Part shown: piece after piece, positions 38,135 through 50,476 of the stretch | Layout: each line of letters starts with the position of its first letter | How positions within the stretch are numbered: the first letter of the stretch is position 1 | From: Podarcis muralis | Lineage: Eukaryota | Direction: 5' to 3' | DNA: 64,000 nucleotides | Assembly: GCF_964188315.1 (NCBI RefSeq) | Contig: NC_135656.1 | Coordinates: forward strand, 75,516,001 to 75,580,000 | Position numbers and translations under genes: made by a program | Notes under the pieces: model-generated | Seen by the model: only the letters and a program-made list of their open reading frames with translations | Databases searched by the model: none | What the model was told of the DNA's origin: nothing

Positions 38135-38278
38135 NNNNNNNNNNNNNNNNNNNNNNNNNNNNNNNNNNNNNNNNNNNNNNNNNNNNNNNNNNNNNNNNNN
38201 NNNNNNNNNNNNNNNNNNNNNNNNNNNNNNNNNNNNNNNNNNNNNNNNNNNNNNNNNNNNNNNNNNNNNNNNNNNNNN
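38135..38278. other. Assembly gap (144 N) in the PRKCD intron between coding exons 12 and 13
   Basis: Run of N characters. Confidence 1.
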
Positions 38279-38419
38279 ACTCTCCAGCATTTAGTGGCTA
38301 GGGGAAAAGGAGAGGTTTCTGAAAAAGTGACCAAAAGAAAATGAAGTACTACATCATCAGTAGGCCCCTACTTTATTTAAATTAATTCCTCCATTTAAAG
38401 TGTTTTTACTGTGTTTCAG

Positions 38420-38482
38420 GTTTTATGGAGCTGAAATACTGTGTGGCCTACAATTTCTTCATAGCAAAGGCATTATTTATAG
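38420..38482 (+). CDS. PRKCD: PKC-delta coding exon 13 ([21 protein letters not shown])
   Basis: tttcag acceptor, gtgagt donor, 63 nt. Confidence 0.97.
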
Positions 38483-40769
38483 GTGAGTGCTGATTGACCT
38501 CGGTAAGCCTTGTAAAACATTGCAACAGTTACGTCCTGAATTGGTGGATTCTGTCATTAACCGACAAGCAGAGTGTTTTACAAGGAACTGTTCCCTATTA
38601 AAAATCTGATTTTATTCCAAATGTGTTGAAAAGAAGCAATTCAGCAAGCACTTGAGGCCAATATAGAATTGTTTTCTTGTGTTTTTCTCCTTGGCAACAT
38701 GAATAAAGAAATGTTATTTACATTAGACAAAAGACCCTTTGTTTCACATTCCTGATTGCCAAGCACTTAGACACAAGACTGAGATATTTTGTCTTCCTTC
38801 TAGTGCCAAAGGAGATTGATAGTAATTAATCCAGGATACAATCCTGGAAAGGGGAGACAGCATCCTCAGTGGGTGGCTGTTCATGAGAGGCAAAGAGAAT
38901 TCACATCTGTCTATGTTACCGGTGTCTTTTCCCTATCTATAAAATGCAGAAATGTTCTTTGACGACACAATTCATACGATAACGTTACTTGTAGACAGAC
39001 TGATGCCAACAAGTCTCAGGCTTGGCTGACATCTTCAAGTGATGCCTCGTTTTGAAATCTCTGCCATGTTCACCAGATCTGAAGACTGTACTAAGCGGGC
39101 TACAGTTTCATAAGCCGCACTCAGTCTCCTCTTAGCTTTCATCTAAGAGTCGGTTTGGAAGATACTCTGCAGCATTTTATATTTAGCAACATTTTCTGAA
39201 ACTGCAAGTTAGCTATTTGTTAATGTCCTGTTTTACAGAATGAAGTAGTTATGCAAATAATATGAAGGAAGTGTTTTTTTTAATCTACAAGTATCAGTCC
39301 TGTGAGTGGGAGGGCTGCTAACTTGAACTTAAATAGAGCTGTATTGTGTGCTTCTACAGAAGCTTTGTCTAAATTTTTCATGATGAGAAATGGCAGTTGA
39401 CTGTGCCTTGGCAATGGTTGCTGCTCTTGGGAATTCAGCTGCCAACAAGGAAAGAATTTCTTGATGTCATATGAAACACAGGCTTTCATGATATCATTAC
39501 TGGCCAGTAACAGCTATTGGCAGCCTTTCGCTTTAGTACAATGCTAAATGCAAACGGCTAGAGATTGGGGCTGTTGCAGAGTTAATTGCTGGGTATAAAC
39601 TTGCACATGAATAAAACAGTTTAAAGGGGGGGAGCACATTGTTTTTAGATGTGTTATGCATATGTACATGCCTGTGTTTGTGTGTGTGTTGCACCAGGCA
39701 ACATTTTAGAAAAGCTGCTCTATCTTATTTGAGAATGTATTTTCAAGGATAATGCCTGGCATTTTTTATTAAAAATAAGTACTTATAAAAATAAGGTGTT
39801 GCTCAATTAATGAGAGCACCTTTTGAACTAATCAGAAAGCTTTTAATTAATCTCAGCAATGAATTGACGGGATGTTGCAGCCATTCTAAAAAGGAAAAGT
39901 TGTCCAAAGTGCGTAGGGAAATACCGTTTCTTCCACCCTCCTGTACATATTTCAGTACAGAGTTATCAAGCTTCATTAAGATGCAGTATTGTAAACTTTT
40001 GAAAGTTTTTGTTGATTGCATGCATCCTTAATTCTCTGCTACTGGCTTCTTGGCAGTAAGTTTTTTGGAAGAGTGCTTTAAGTTTATTGGCAACTGGTTC
40101 TTATGGCTGCTGTCTAAGTCCAGAGTACAAATGATGAACACATGTCTGTAGGATAGAACCCAGACTATAGCTGGAGCTTTGCTTGTTGACCCTTTTGCAG
40201 CATTTGCCCCTCCGGTTAAAGCTATAATTAATTGCACAATGCAATGAACTATTGTTAATGTGGCTTGATAATGGATCTGTGTAAATTAAAACAAATGGTT
40301 TATGCACCAGAGGCAAACAGAAAATATGTGACTAAAACTCACTATTTCTGTGTTGGATGCAAATATGATAAATAACACAACTTGTTGAATCATTTAGAAG
40401 TGAAGGCCTTTGTTGCCAATGCAAAATTTCATTGTGCCCCAGGGTAGACACATTAAGAATTCTACATAGCGTCTCCACCTCAAAAGCCTCAATTTTCATT
40501 TTCCCATGGATTTATTTTAATTCATGCTTTTGACATCGAGTTAGCATTGGAGCCCTTCTTCTGCCTTAGTTTTCATTTTAAAAAATTGGGGAAATTATTT
40601 GTTTACTTATCTGCCAACTTCAGTATCTTCTCCACTCTGGCAGACATGTCATTAACTATTTATTAATGCTGAAAGTATCCTATGAGGTTGAAAGCAAATA
40701 CCTTTAAGTGGATGCAATTGCTAAGTCATTGGGGTGTTTTTGTCCAATTTGAATGGCTGTGCTGATTAG

Positions 40770-40946
<177 letters not shown>

Positions 40947-41728
40947 TAACATACCAGCTCTTGAAATAGCCATTTAGAATTCATTAAGTCCACAATTAAC
41001 TTGTGTGCATTCAACTTTACACACTTGGCAAATATTATTATTTTAAATTCTTTTAAAGGGGGCTGGCATCTGAGGGAAAAGACTGGCTATCTCATCCGCC
41101 ATTGCACCCAGAATGTTTTGACTATACATGTTTTTCGATTTAGGCGCATGGAACATAACCCACATGTAAGTTGTGGGCTTACTGAATATATAATTAATAA
41201 ATAAATAGAGTTTCATGTTATTTCCTAAGGAAGGGGTTGCTAATCTTTGATCCTCCTGATATTACTGAATTCCTATTATCCCTGACCATTGGCCAGACTG
41301 GCTGATGGGAGATGGAATCCAACATCTGGAAGTTCACAGATTTCCCACCCCTGCTCTAGATAAAGCCTAGTTAGACATTGCTTAGGGAACTCTGTATGAG
41401 AGGGAATGACCATACCCTGAGTAGAAAATTACACCTGAGCCATCTATATGCTGAGTTTATTTATTCCTAGGTTCTTCAAGCTCACAGTTTGTACCACAAT
41501 TGAAATAGTGGTACATATTATGGGTTCAGGCCAGAATGTTCAGTACAGGTAAACTTGTTCACCCCAATTGGATGTCACTATCTGCCACAACATGGTGGGC
41601 AAAAACATTCCCTGTCAGAGGTAAACTCAAAAGTAAATAGTTTAACGTTGCGTCCCAAAGCAGCCAATGAATCAAAGGTGATTCATTCTGATAAAAGGAC
41701 TGAGAGAAAAAATTGCTTTAAATTCTGA

Positions 41729-42019
<291 letters not shown>

Positions 42020-42462
42020 TAAGGCTAAATCGTTTTTCTGTTTGGGAAGATGGAAAGGGGCCTGGAGAATATCTTAAGCTAGTAATAGATCTTAAGTGCC
42101 CTGCATTCCAGGCAAAGAATTTTGTGAAATAATCAGTAATTATATAACCAGCTACAGGACTGGAGGGTCTTGTTGCATTGTCACATGCAGCCTAGTGATA
42201 ATATGCCCCCTTGTTGCAGATTATGTTGTATACACAACAACTGGGCGGTCATATGGCATACATACTACCCCTTTTCCCCATCCAAAGCAGCTTTTGCAGC
42301 TGCCAGCAATAGTGACTAGAACTGGCCACAATGGCTGCCCTAGATCAATTCCATTGAGTCCAGCGTGTTATTTTTCTGAACAGCAGCTAAAGTCATAGTT
42401 TCTATCAGAAATGTGATCTGCAGGCCAAGTAACTGAAGCTGGATGCACATTATATTTTGTAG

Positions 42463-42591
42463 TTGTTTGAAAGGGATCCAACAAGACGACTGGGAATAAC
42501 TGGAAACATCAGAGATCATTCTTTCTTCAAAGCGATTAATTGGACAGCACTTGAGAAGAGGGAAGTGGAACCGCCCTTCAAACCCAAAGTG
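42463..42591 (+). CDS. PRKCD: PKC-delta coding exon 16 ([14 protein letters not shown]...PPFKPKV)
   Basis: ttgtag acceptor, gtaggt donor, 129 nt. Confidence 0.97.
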
Positions 42592-43250
42592 GTAGGTATC
42601 CTTTTGAATCTAGCCAAGTGTAAAACTGTGATGCTTTTATCTGTTGTTGTTTCCCCCCCCAAAAAAAATTATTAAGTTTTCCACAATTATACCACATAAC
42701 CAAACAGATAACACAACATTTAAAAATATAACAATAAACAATATTTACTTGTTGCTCCGAGCTGTGGCCCTTCCCCTATGGGTAATGCTGTTCACTGTTA
42801 TATTTTTAAAAGTGATTTCTTTTCAGTTTTAAGTAAATCAGTGCAGAGTGTTTTTTTTAAGGTAAAGGGAAGGATTTGGGTCTGGAAGGTATCTGGAATT
42901 GAAGCTGGAACCTTCCATATGCTAATTTGTGCTCTGCCCTCAACATGTGGTTGATCCTATTTCTTACTGGTAGCAAATTATGACTAGATGGCAGATATGC
43001 ATGACTTTCTGGATTCAAGTATTACTAGACATTACAGGTGATTATTTGATAAAACAATCTCCACCTGATGTGTGATAAATTCCTACTTGTTACTTGCTGA
43101 AGCAGTGCAGCCAACCAAACTCATGCTGCAGTTGTTTGTCTGAGCTTGTTAAAATGAAATGGGATTCCTATTGAGCAAGGGCAAAATGGATTGAAGTCAC
43201 CTGGACTAATGTTTTTCTTTCTTTCGGTCCTTTGCTTCTCTTCTGTACAG

Positions 43251-43409
43251 AAATCAGCAAGTGACTACAGCAATTTTGACAGAGAGTTTTTGAGTGAGAA
43301 GCCACGGCTATCATACAGCGACAAAAACTTAATAGACTCTATGGATCAATCTGCATTTGCTGGGTTCTCTTTTACCAACCCTAAATTTGAACGCATTTTA
43401 GAGAAATAG
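43251..43409 (+). CDS. PRKCD: PKC-delta last coding exon, turn and hydrophobic motifs ([10 protein letters not shown]...RLSYSD...[17 protein letters not shown])
   Basis: Long pyrimidine tract and tacag acceptor; TAG at 43407-43409. Confidence 0.98.
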   Translation, partial: KSASDYSNFDREFLSEKPRLSYSDKNLIDSMDQSAFAGFSFTNPKFERILEK

Positions 43410-43755
43410 TTTGTCAGCACAGAGGAACTTTCAGGTACTGCTGTAATGGAAGTTTTCGAGCACTCCATGTGAAACGTGATCAAAGGATACCGTCGTCTCT
43501 TTCCTTTCATTCCGAACAACACTCAATAGCGACTAATTGTGCTCATTCTTTGGCAACTGGCGGTAGCTTCATTGTGCATGGTTGAGTTTAAGTATCCTTG
43601 TGAATCATATGTAAATGACTTCCTCTGCAGTAGGGAAAATGTAAATTGTGTACGTGGTTACTTGAATGTAGTTATCCGTTTGGGGGGGAAATTATGTATA
43701 TGCTGTATATTTTGCTCAAGAGGTGAAAGAGGTTATTGAAGGGTACTACCCTTCA

Positions 43756-43761
43756 AATAAA
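43756..43761 (+). terminator. Candidate PRKCD poly(A) signal AATAAA (proximal)
   Basis: Canonical hexamer about 350 nt after the stop codon; usage not demonstrable from sequence. Confidence 0.45.
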
Positions 43762-43845
43762 GTGAAATGGCTAGGCAGTTTTTAACGTCCATCAAACTAA
43801 ATAATTTGAGTTGATTCTGAGCTTCAAATATTGCTATTTTTAATT

Positions 43846-43851
43846 AATAAA
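43846..43851 (+). terminator. Candidate PRKCD poly(A) signal AATAAA
   Basis: Canonical hexamer in AT-rich context, followed by T/G-containing sequence. Confidence 0.5.
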
Positions 43852-44636
43852 AAGTGGCATCAATTGATTATGGTGCTTCTCAGGCCCTCAATCCAGCAAG
43901 TTTACAGCCTTGTTCTTGCTTTGCTGTTCATGGATGAAGCCCCATCTAAAAGACAGTGAAAGTAGTCATTTTTTAATTTAAAAACATGTGGGCCTTTCCT
44001 TATTAGACTACAGCTACCACAGGCCCCCTATCTGCAACCCAGTGAGTGAGGAAGTGAGGTGCTAGAGAACAAAGCTGTGTGCATGTGTGCCATTTAGTCC
44101 CCCGCCCCCTTTGAGGATGCTGTCCTGTCCTCAGTGTTGGAAGACAAATAGAACTCTCAACTTAGTTGTGTAAGTGGGGGAGGAGGTGCCATCTTGTCAT
44201 TTATTTTTCCACATATCAATCTGTATTGGGCACACAGTGAGGTAGAATGCAGTTGGACATGCATGAGACCGGGCAACACACCTTTAATGAAGGATGGTGG
44301 GCAGGTCTCATTTCAAAGAACCTGCCGTTAAAGACCTGTGTGGTTTGGGTCTAACTTTGGTCTCGTTGCCAGCCAATATAGGTCTAGTCAAGCCTCAGCA
44401 CGCTTGAGAAGATGAAGGCTAGTTCCTGTAGGAGTATTTAAATACACAGTATGTGATAACTAATCATTGCTACCTTGGATCTTGATCCAGATAACAGATT
44501 TTTAGGCTAGGCAGAAACACCCTACAACATGTACAGTATGTTGAAACTGTGGGGTGGGTGGGATGTGGGGTAACAGGGAAGGAATGCTGTCCAACCGATG
44601 TATTGATTATGGATTGTTGAAAAACTTAGAAGGCTA

Positions 44637-44642
44637 AATAAA
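44637..44642 (+). terminator. Candidate distal PRKCD poly(A) signal AATAAA
   Basis: Canonical hexamer about 1.2 kb after the stop codon. Confidence 0.3.
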
Positions 44643-47600
44643 AATACATCTATTATCTGAAACGTTGCCCTTCCTATTTTACCCTCTGAAAGCGAATGAC
44701 CTGGACACTAACCCACAAAGCAGGCTCTTTTAAGCACAAGCCACCACTGACTTTGAGGATATTCTTGCTAGCCTGCAGGGGCCCTAGCTACCAAGTATTC
44801 CTACTTCCCCCACTCCACTACCATAAATATTGCCTTCCCTGCAATGGCTTCCCCTGAGGCCTAAAATGGATCTCCCTTGGAATTAATTCCCAGGGTGTTG
44901 ATGCCAGAGCAACACTCCCTTTCTATCTCTAATGCCAACAGTGTTCTGCCATTGGTTCAGCCCTAGGCTTCGGAGGCACCAACATTAGAGCTCTGGTATC
45001 CATTAGAATGGCTATGGTCCCCTGGGATGCTCTCTCAGGAACACATGACAGCATTTTTAAACATTCATGATTCTTTTTAAGATACACAGAAACTTTCACT
45101 TTAATATTTTTGCTTCTTGAAAGTTGGGTTATGCTTCAAGGCAGAAGCACACCACTTGCAACTTGAAATATCCCTACTGTGGAAACTCTGTTTTGATAGC
45201 TACAAATCTAGCCTTACTCTTGTTGAAAGTCACATGATTTGTTAAGTCCAGCTTGCTGCAAGACGTATCTTTCCCATGTGCCAGGTTTCATAGGTTACTA
45301 AAAATATTTATTCTCTAGGCATCAAGAGCAGACACTTTGGCTAAAGAGTCAGGCAGTACAATACTTCCTAGGAGTTTGTTTTTATAGGCAAAAGCACAAG
45401 TTTCCACAGCTACAAATACCACTATGCATTTGTAAACTACTTTTTTAACACTGAGGTAATACTAAATTAAATATAGGTCTGTCATGGTAGTCTACACAAG
45501 ATTTGCCAGCTAGGACTCGGGGTGTATTATCCAGATATTTCATGAAATTAGGAAGTTTAAAAATAACTCTGGGCTCAACACTGGCCTGATATAAACTGAA
45601 TTCTCCTCAGGCAACTTCCTTCGTAACAGCAATTTCTAAATCCTCCATAAATTCAGAATGTACCTCTGGACATATTAGGCCATTTCCTAGAGCTACAAGT
45701 AAAAGTAAAACTAAGGTATTTCCTATGGAATGTTAGCTTCATTATTTATTCCATAATTGATTTCCCTCCATCTGATTAGCACTAACATTACAGAAGCATT
45801 ACAGAAAATTGCCAACTGCCTTCTGTAACATTTAAACTATTTCTTTATTTATACTGCCATCAGGAATCAGGAATCCTTTTCAGCTCAATGGCCACGCTTC
45901 TTGGGGGTGCATGCGAGTGTTTAGAAGGCACAGAGAGGCAACTCAATTTAACTTTTGTAAATCAGGCTAGTTTCTACACACAGACACACAAACTTTCTAT
46001 TCTTCATGCAGGCAAGCAAGAGGCATTAGGCTACAATAACACGGTCTAATCAGACAAAAACACAGCATGTGAAAGAAGGGCCAGTAGGAGGTTTGGACTA
46101 GAAAGTCCAGGGATAGTTTTGCCTCCCACCCAGGCCTAACTTTCCCTATTCCTGCACTACTTTGTCAGCTTATTTCCAAACATCATAGGATGGTAAAGGA
46201 AAGTAAAAATTCCTTGATCAGCTGAGAAAAGAAATAAAACAATACTATGAATTACAAGACAGCAGCTGATGATGTCTACAAAACTACCTAGTTAAACAAG
46301 GCAACTTCATAACCCATGGTTTGGAATTGGTTTGTTTGACACATCAACATTATTTGAAACTGAAATCACAGGAGAATGGGAAGTGGGAACATGAGGGCCA
46401 ACCCTTTGCTGGGTCTTGGGCACATAGTGTTAATTCAGCTACTGACATACCTTAATTACATTAAATTATATTAGTTAGAATTCTTAAAATGAATTTGTGC
46501 CATGTTACCAACGCATGGCTTGTACTTGCCAACTCAGTGTCCTCACCCATTACACATCATCAACATCAGGCACACAAACAAACATTCAAGAATTTGTAGT
46601 GTTAGATGCCTGGTAACTTTCAGGGAAAATAGAACACTTCTAGACAGATCCTTCCTAGCCACAAGTCTGTGGTTAATGCAGACTACACAAGATAGAGAGC
46701 AGGGCAGAATTGATCCCAGGATCATCCCATTGGTCCTAGGAGGAAAAGTACTGACTAGCAGGAAGGGTCATTTTCTATCTGTTGTTTTGTTAAGAACAAA
46801 ACAACCCTTCAAAAATAAGTTTGGAATAGGGTGAAAAAAGGATCCATCACACCATTTTCCATGTTTTTAGATTTTGTCAACAACAAAGACTCATACTAAG
46901 ATAAAATAGGAGAGGTTTAAATATTGAGCAGGGTGGAGTTCAGTCTGCTCTAAGCATTTAAAGCCTCCAACTTGTGAGGCACAATTAACAGATTACTCCC
47001 TAACCGCAATTATCTCCATCCTAAACAAAAATGAAAGGAATCTATCATCTCAGCATCTTATGAACCATGACTTTGTGGAACCAGCTTGTTAAAATCTGTT
47101 AAGTAGTTATTCTCTAGGGAGTGAAATCTCTCAACAATTCAGTTTAAAAGGAATGATGCAAACACAGAGGAAGACGGAAAAGGTGGAAAAGAAGGGATGG
47201 CCGAGGAAAGAGTGATGGCAGCTGGAAAAGTGATGAGGGTTATAGAAGATTTGCTACATAGAGGGGACTGTACTGCTGCTGTCGGCTCTAATTATTAGCG
47301 GGCTCTACCCTAGTCACAGACATTTTTTTAAAAGGCATACATTAAGACAATGTATTCTGGCCAAAGACTGGTACAATGAATTAAGAAAAGAGAGGGATGC
47401 GTGTTCATAGAATTATCATACAGCAGTCATGAAGACAACAGAGTTAGTGATTGTCCTAATGCTTTCCTTTTCTCCCAGCGGCTACGAGCCATGTGGGTTC
47501 TATGCCCTATAAAATGGACATGTCAGGATACAGTGCTACACTTGCATCACTACATTAAATAAATAGCACTCTTTGATGTAAAAAAAATATAGAAAGATAG

Positions 47601-48724
47601 CTGAAAATTGTAGGAAGATAAGGTTCTGATTCTCTTTGATCCAAATTAATGCAGCATTTTCAGGAAACAACCCGGAACAACGACAGTGCTATTTAAACAC
47701 TGGCAATGGCAGCCTAAAAGAAGAGTCGTTTTAAGAGTAATGGCAGGGGGTAAATAAATTATGGTTGAAGGAGGAGTAGGTGTTTAAAAGAAGCAGTCCC
47801 CTGTTTCTGCTAGTCTCAAAGTGCCAGCAACACTTTAAAAAACATATGTAAATACAGCACTGCTGCTTAAAACCAAACATTGACAGTTCATCTAGTGACA
47901 GTTCATCTAGCACTAACTCCAGCAAACCTCACAGTTCCTGGCCTGTTGTTGTAGAATATAAAAAACCTGGAAATGACTCAATATTCATCAATAGCATTTG
48001 AAATATATGCTTGACCCAATTTGACAGATTTCAGTTTGAACATCATTGCACTTGAGCTGGACATGTTTGCACATACCTGAAGTGTCAAAAAAAAAAATCC
48101 AGGAGAGAGAGAAAAGTCAATTAGCATCCCTCACAATTTAAAACAATGTTTATTAGCTTGGAATAAATCTCATGTAAGATTAAATTGAAGGCCAAATATA
48201 TCCTTAGAACTAGGTGAGTTAACAGTCACATCCTAATTAGTCTCATTCAAAATCATTTGGGTCTACGATACATGTTATGACAAAAGGAAATAATTTTCAT
48301 AACCTTTTCCATTTATAGTACCTACTGAGAGGCATTTCACATAAGCAAAGCCACCGGCTTTCATTCAAGTGTACACTTAAAAGGAAATGGCTAGTAATGG
48401 CCACTCCCTGATAAATGTACCTGTCAGATCCATATTTTTAGAAACACTCTTCATTCACACTTTCAAAAGTAGAGAATGAAGCAGTCCTGTGGATCAACAA
48501 ATACGAAAGGTCTTCTGGATTATTTGATCACTAGAAACCCAGATGAAGCTGGTGGCACACCAACCATCTAACATATCATTTTTAAACTCATTTACTTTGA
48601 AGCAAGCAAACTCATTTCAAAGGGGCTCATTTCCAAATTGTGGAATTGGCATCACATCTTAAGTTAACTTGGAATCCAGAGCTTCCTGGTATTTTCATTT
48701 TCAAGTATCAACATACATTTATAA

Positions 48725-48730
48725 TTTATT
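48725..48730 (-). terminator. Candidate distal PFKFB4 poly(A) signal
   Basis: Minus strand reads ...ttgtataactgaaaaaatggttgtgtgcaagAATAAAttataaatgtatgttg; AU-rich block with several UGUA motifs upstream. Confidence 0.35.
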
Positions 48731-50386
48731 CTTGCACACAACCATTTTTTCAGTTATACAATCTTGTAAATAGAAACTACTGTTATCACAGTATATTTAG
48801 ATGTAGCCTATAAAAATATCTACTATACATAAAATATTTAGCCACAGTTTTACAGCACATTGAGAAATATGAAGGGGGGGGGGGGAGAAAGCAAATACTT
48901 CTGGTTAAGAAAAGGTTAGAAGAAAATGCTACACCTGCCAATGAAGGCTAGCTTGCAGGCTTAGCTAACTCAAAGGAGAGTATTTTCTTATAAGAACCAC
49001 ATTTACCACTTAAAATCCAAAGTTATACCTGCACAATTTTCTGCTCATGAATCCTCAACTTTTCACTCAAGCCCACTAAGTAGCCAATAATAAGAATAAT
49101 TACTTGTGGCTCACATCTAGAGAAGTTAGGGCTAGGCTGTTGACACAATTCATCTGTGATTTAAGCCATTACCCAAAATCCCCTTCTCCAGCTGACACTG
49201 TACTGTGGGCCAACAGCAGAACGCTCCCTTTTCATCTACTCCAGTAAGTAGTGATCTACCTGAATAAATACATTATGATGTCAAGGCATATTATCTTAAA
49301 GGATGGAGTACAGCTAAAGCGCTTTTGAAGTGTTTGATAGTTTAACATAGTCCTTTTTATGTTTCTGAAATAAGGTTGGCTTTATGGCTTATCTCCAGAA
49401 CGCTGAATATATTGCTAAGCTACCTTATTAAAGAAATGAAGAACACGGCAGTATGTTACATTATAGCACCCAGCCACATAAACGAGTCCCCACTAGGCAA
49501 AGCTTACATAGCCCATTGCAGAGAACTCTTAACATTAACAGCATGGCAATGTTCGATGAGGTACCAGCACAGACAGCAAGGCAAAAAAGCATTCACACGG
49601 GACAAAGCTTTCTTCGGTTCAAGAACAAACAGGCACCTAATCTGCTGCTTGCTGATTTGTATCACATGGACAGATTATTTACACTATACGTTGGCTTAGT
49701 ACAACAAACACAACTGGCCTAACATGCATGAAGTTTTATCACTAACAGGAATTTCTTTCACACGCCTCCCATTCATTGCAACAGGATATATCTGGAGCAT
49801 ATCCCTGTTGGGTTGTGACCCTAAAGCAGGACTGATCCAATTTCACAAGTTCACTTACAGCATAGTATCCCTCTTTGCATATAAATACTTGAAAATCCTA
49901 GAGGGCCCCGTTCTTCACTATGCTCTTGAGCTCCACTTAAGGAATGCACTGAGGCAAAGATGTGGCTGCTTAAGGTTCACGGAAAGAAAGAATCCTGAGT
50001 CCTCGTTTTTGGGGGGGACGGAAGATTGTTTCCATTTATGAATGTGCAAATCCTGTTCTCATCAATAAAGTAGAAAATATGCAATAAAGGATCGCTTTCA
50101 TCTTTCCCATCCAATGCATTTTAACTTAAATATCACCAATACATAACAAAAATAAAAACCCAAAACAGCTAATACTTCATCTGTGACTTTGGTTCAAGAA
50201 GATGGGTAAGAACAAGCTTGCATTAATGCCAATAACTCAGGAGCGCTTCATAATAATTTGGTCTCTCTAGTAATTTGTCTTACACCTTCCCTGCACTTAC
50301 AGATAGGTAGCCGTGTTGGTCTGCCATAGTCAAAACAAAACAAAATTCCTTCCAGTAGCACCTTAAAGACCAACTAAGTTAGTTCT

Positions 50387-50428
50387 TGGTATGAGCTTTC
50401 GTGTGCATGCACACTTCTTCAGATACCA
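50387..50428 (-). ncRNA. Minimal type I hammerhead ribozyme motif (mirror copy)
   Basis: Exact reverse complement of the + strand motif; 6-bp stem I UGGUAU/AUACCA; predicted cleavage after position 50393 on the minus strand. Confidence 0.82.
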
Positions 50429-50432
50429 TCCT

Positions 50433-50476
50433 TTGGTATCTGAAGAAGTGTGCATGCACACGAAAGCTCATACCAA
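50433..50476 (+). ncRNA. Minimal type I hammerhead ribozyme motif
   Basis: Stem I UUGGUAU/AUACCAA; core CUGAAGA with one extra A; stem II GUGUG-CAUG-CACAC; GAAA; palindromic stem III AGCU; predicted cleavage after CUC at 50469. Confidence 0.82.

Noticed and set aside
47881-47910. 15-bp tandem duplication tgacagttcatctag x2
   Set aside because: Ordinary slippage duplication in non-coding DNA.
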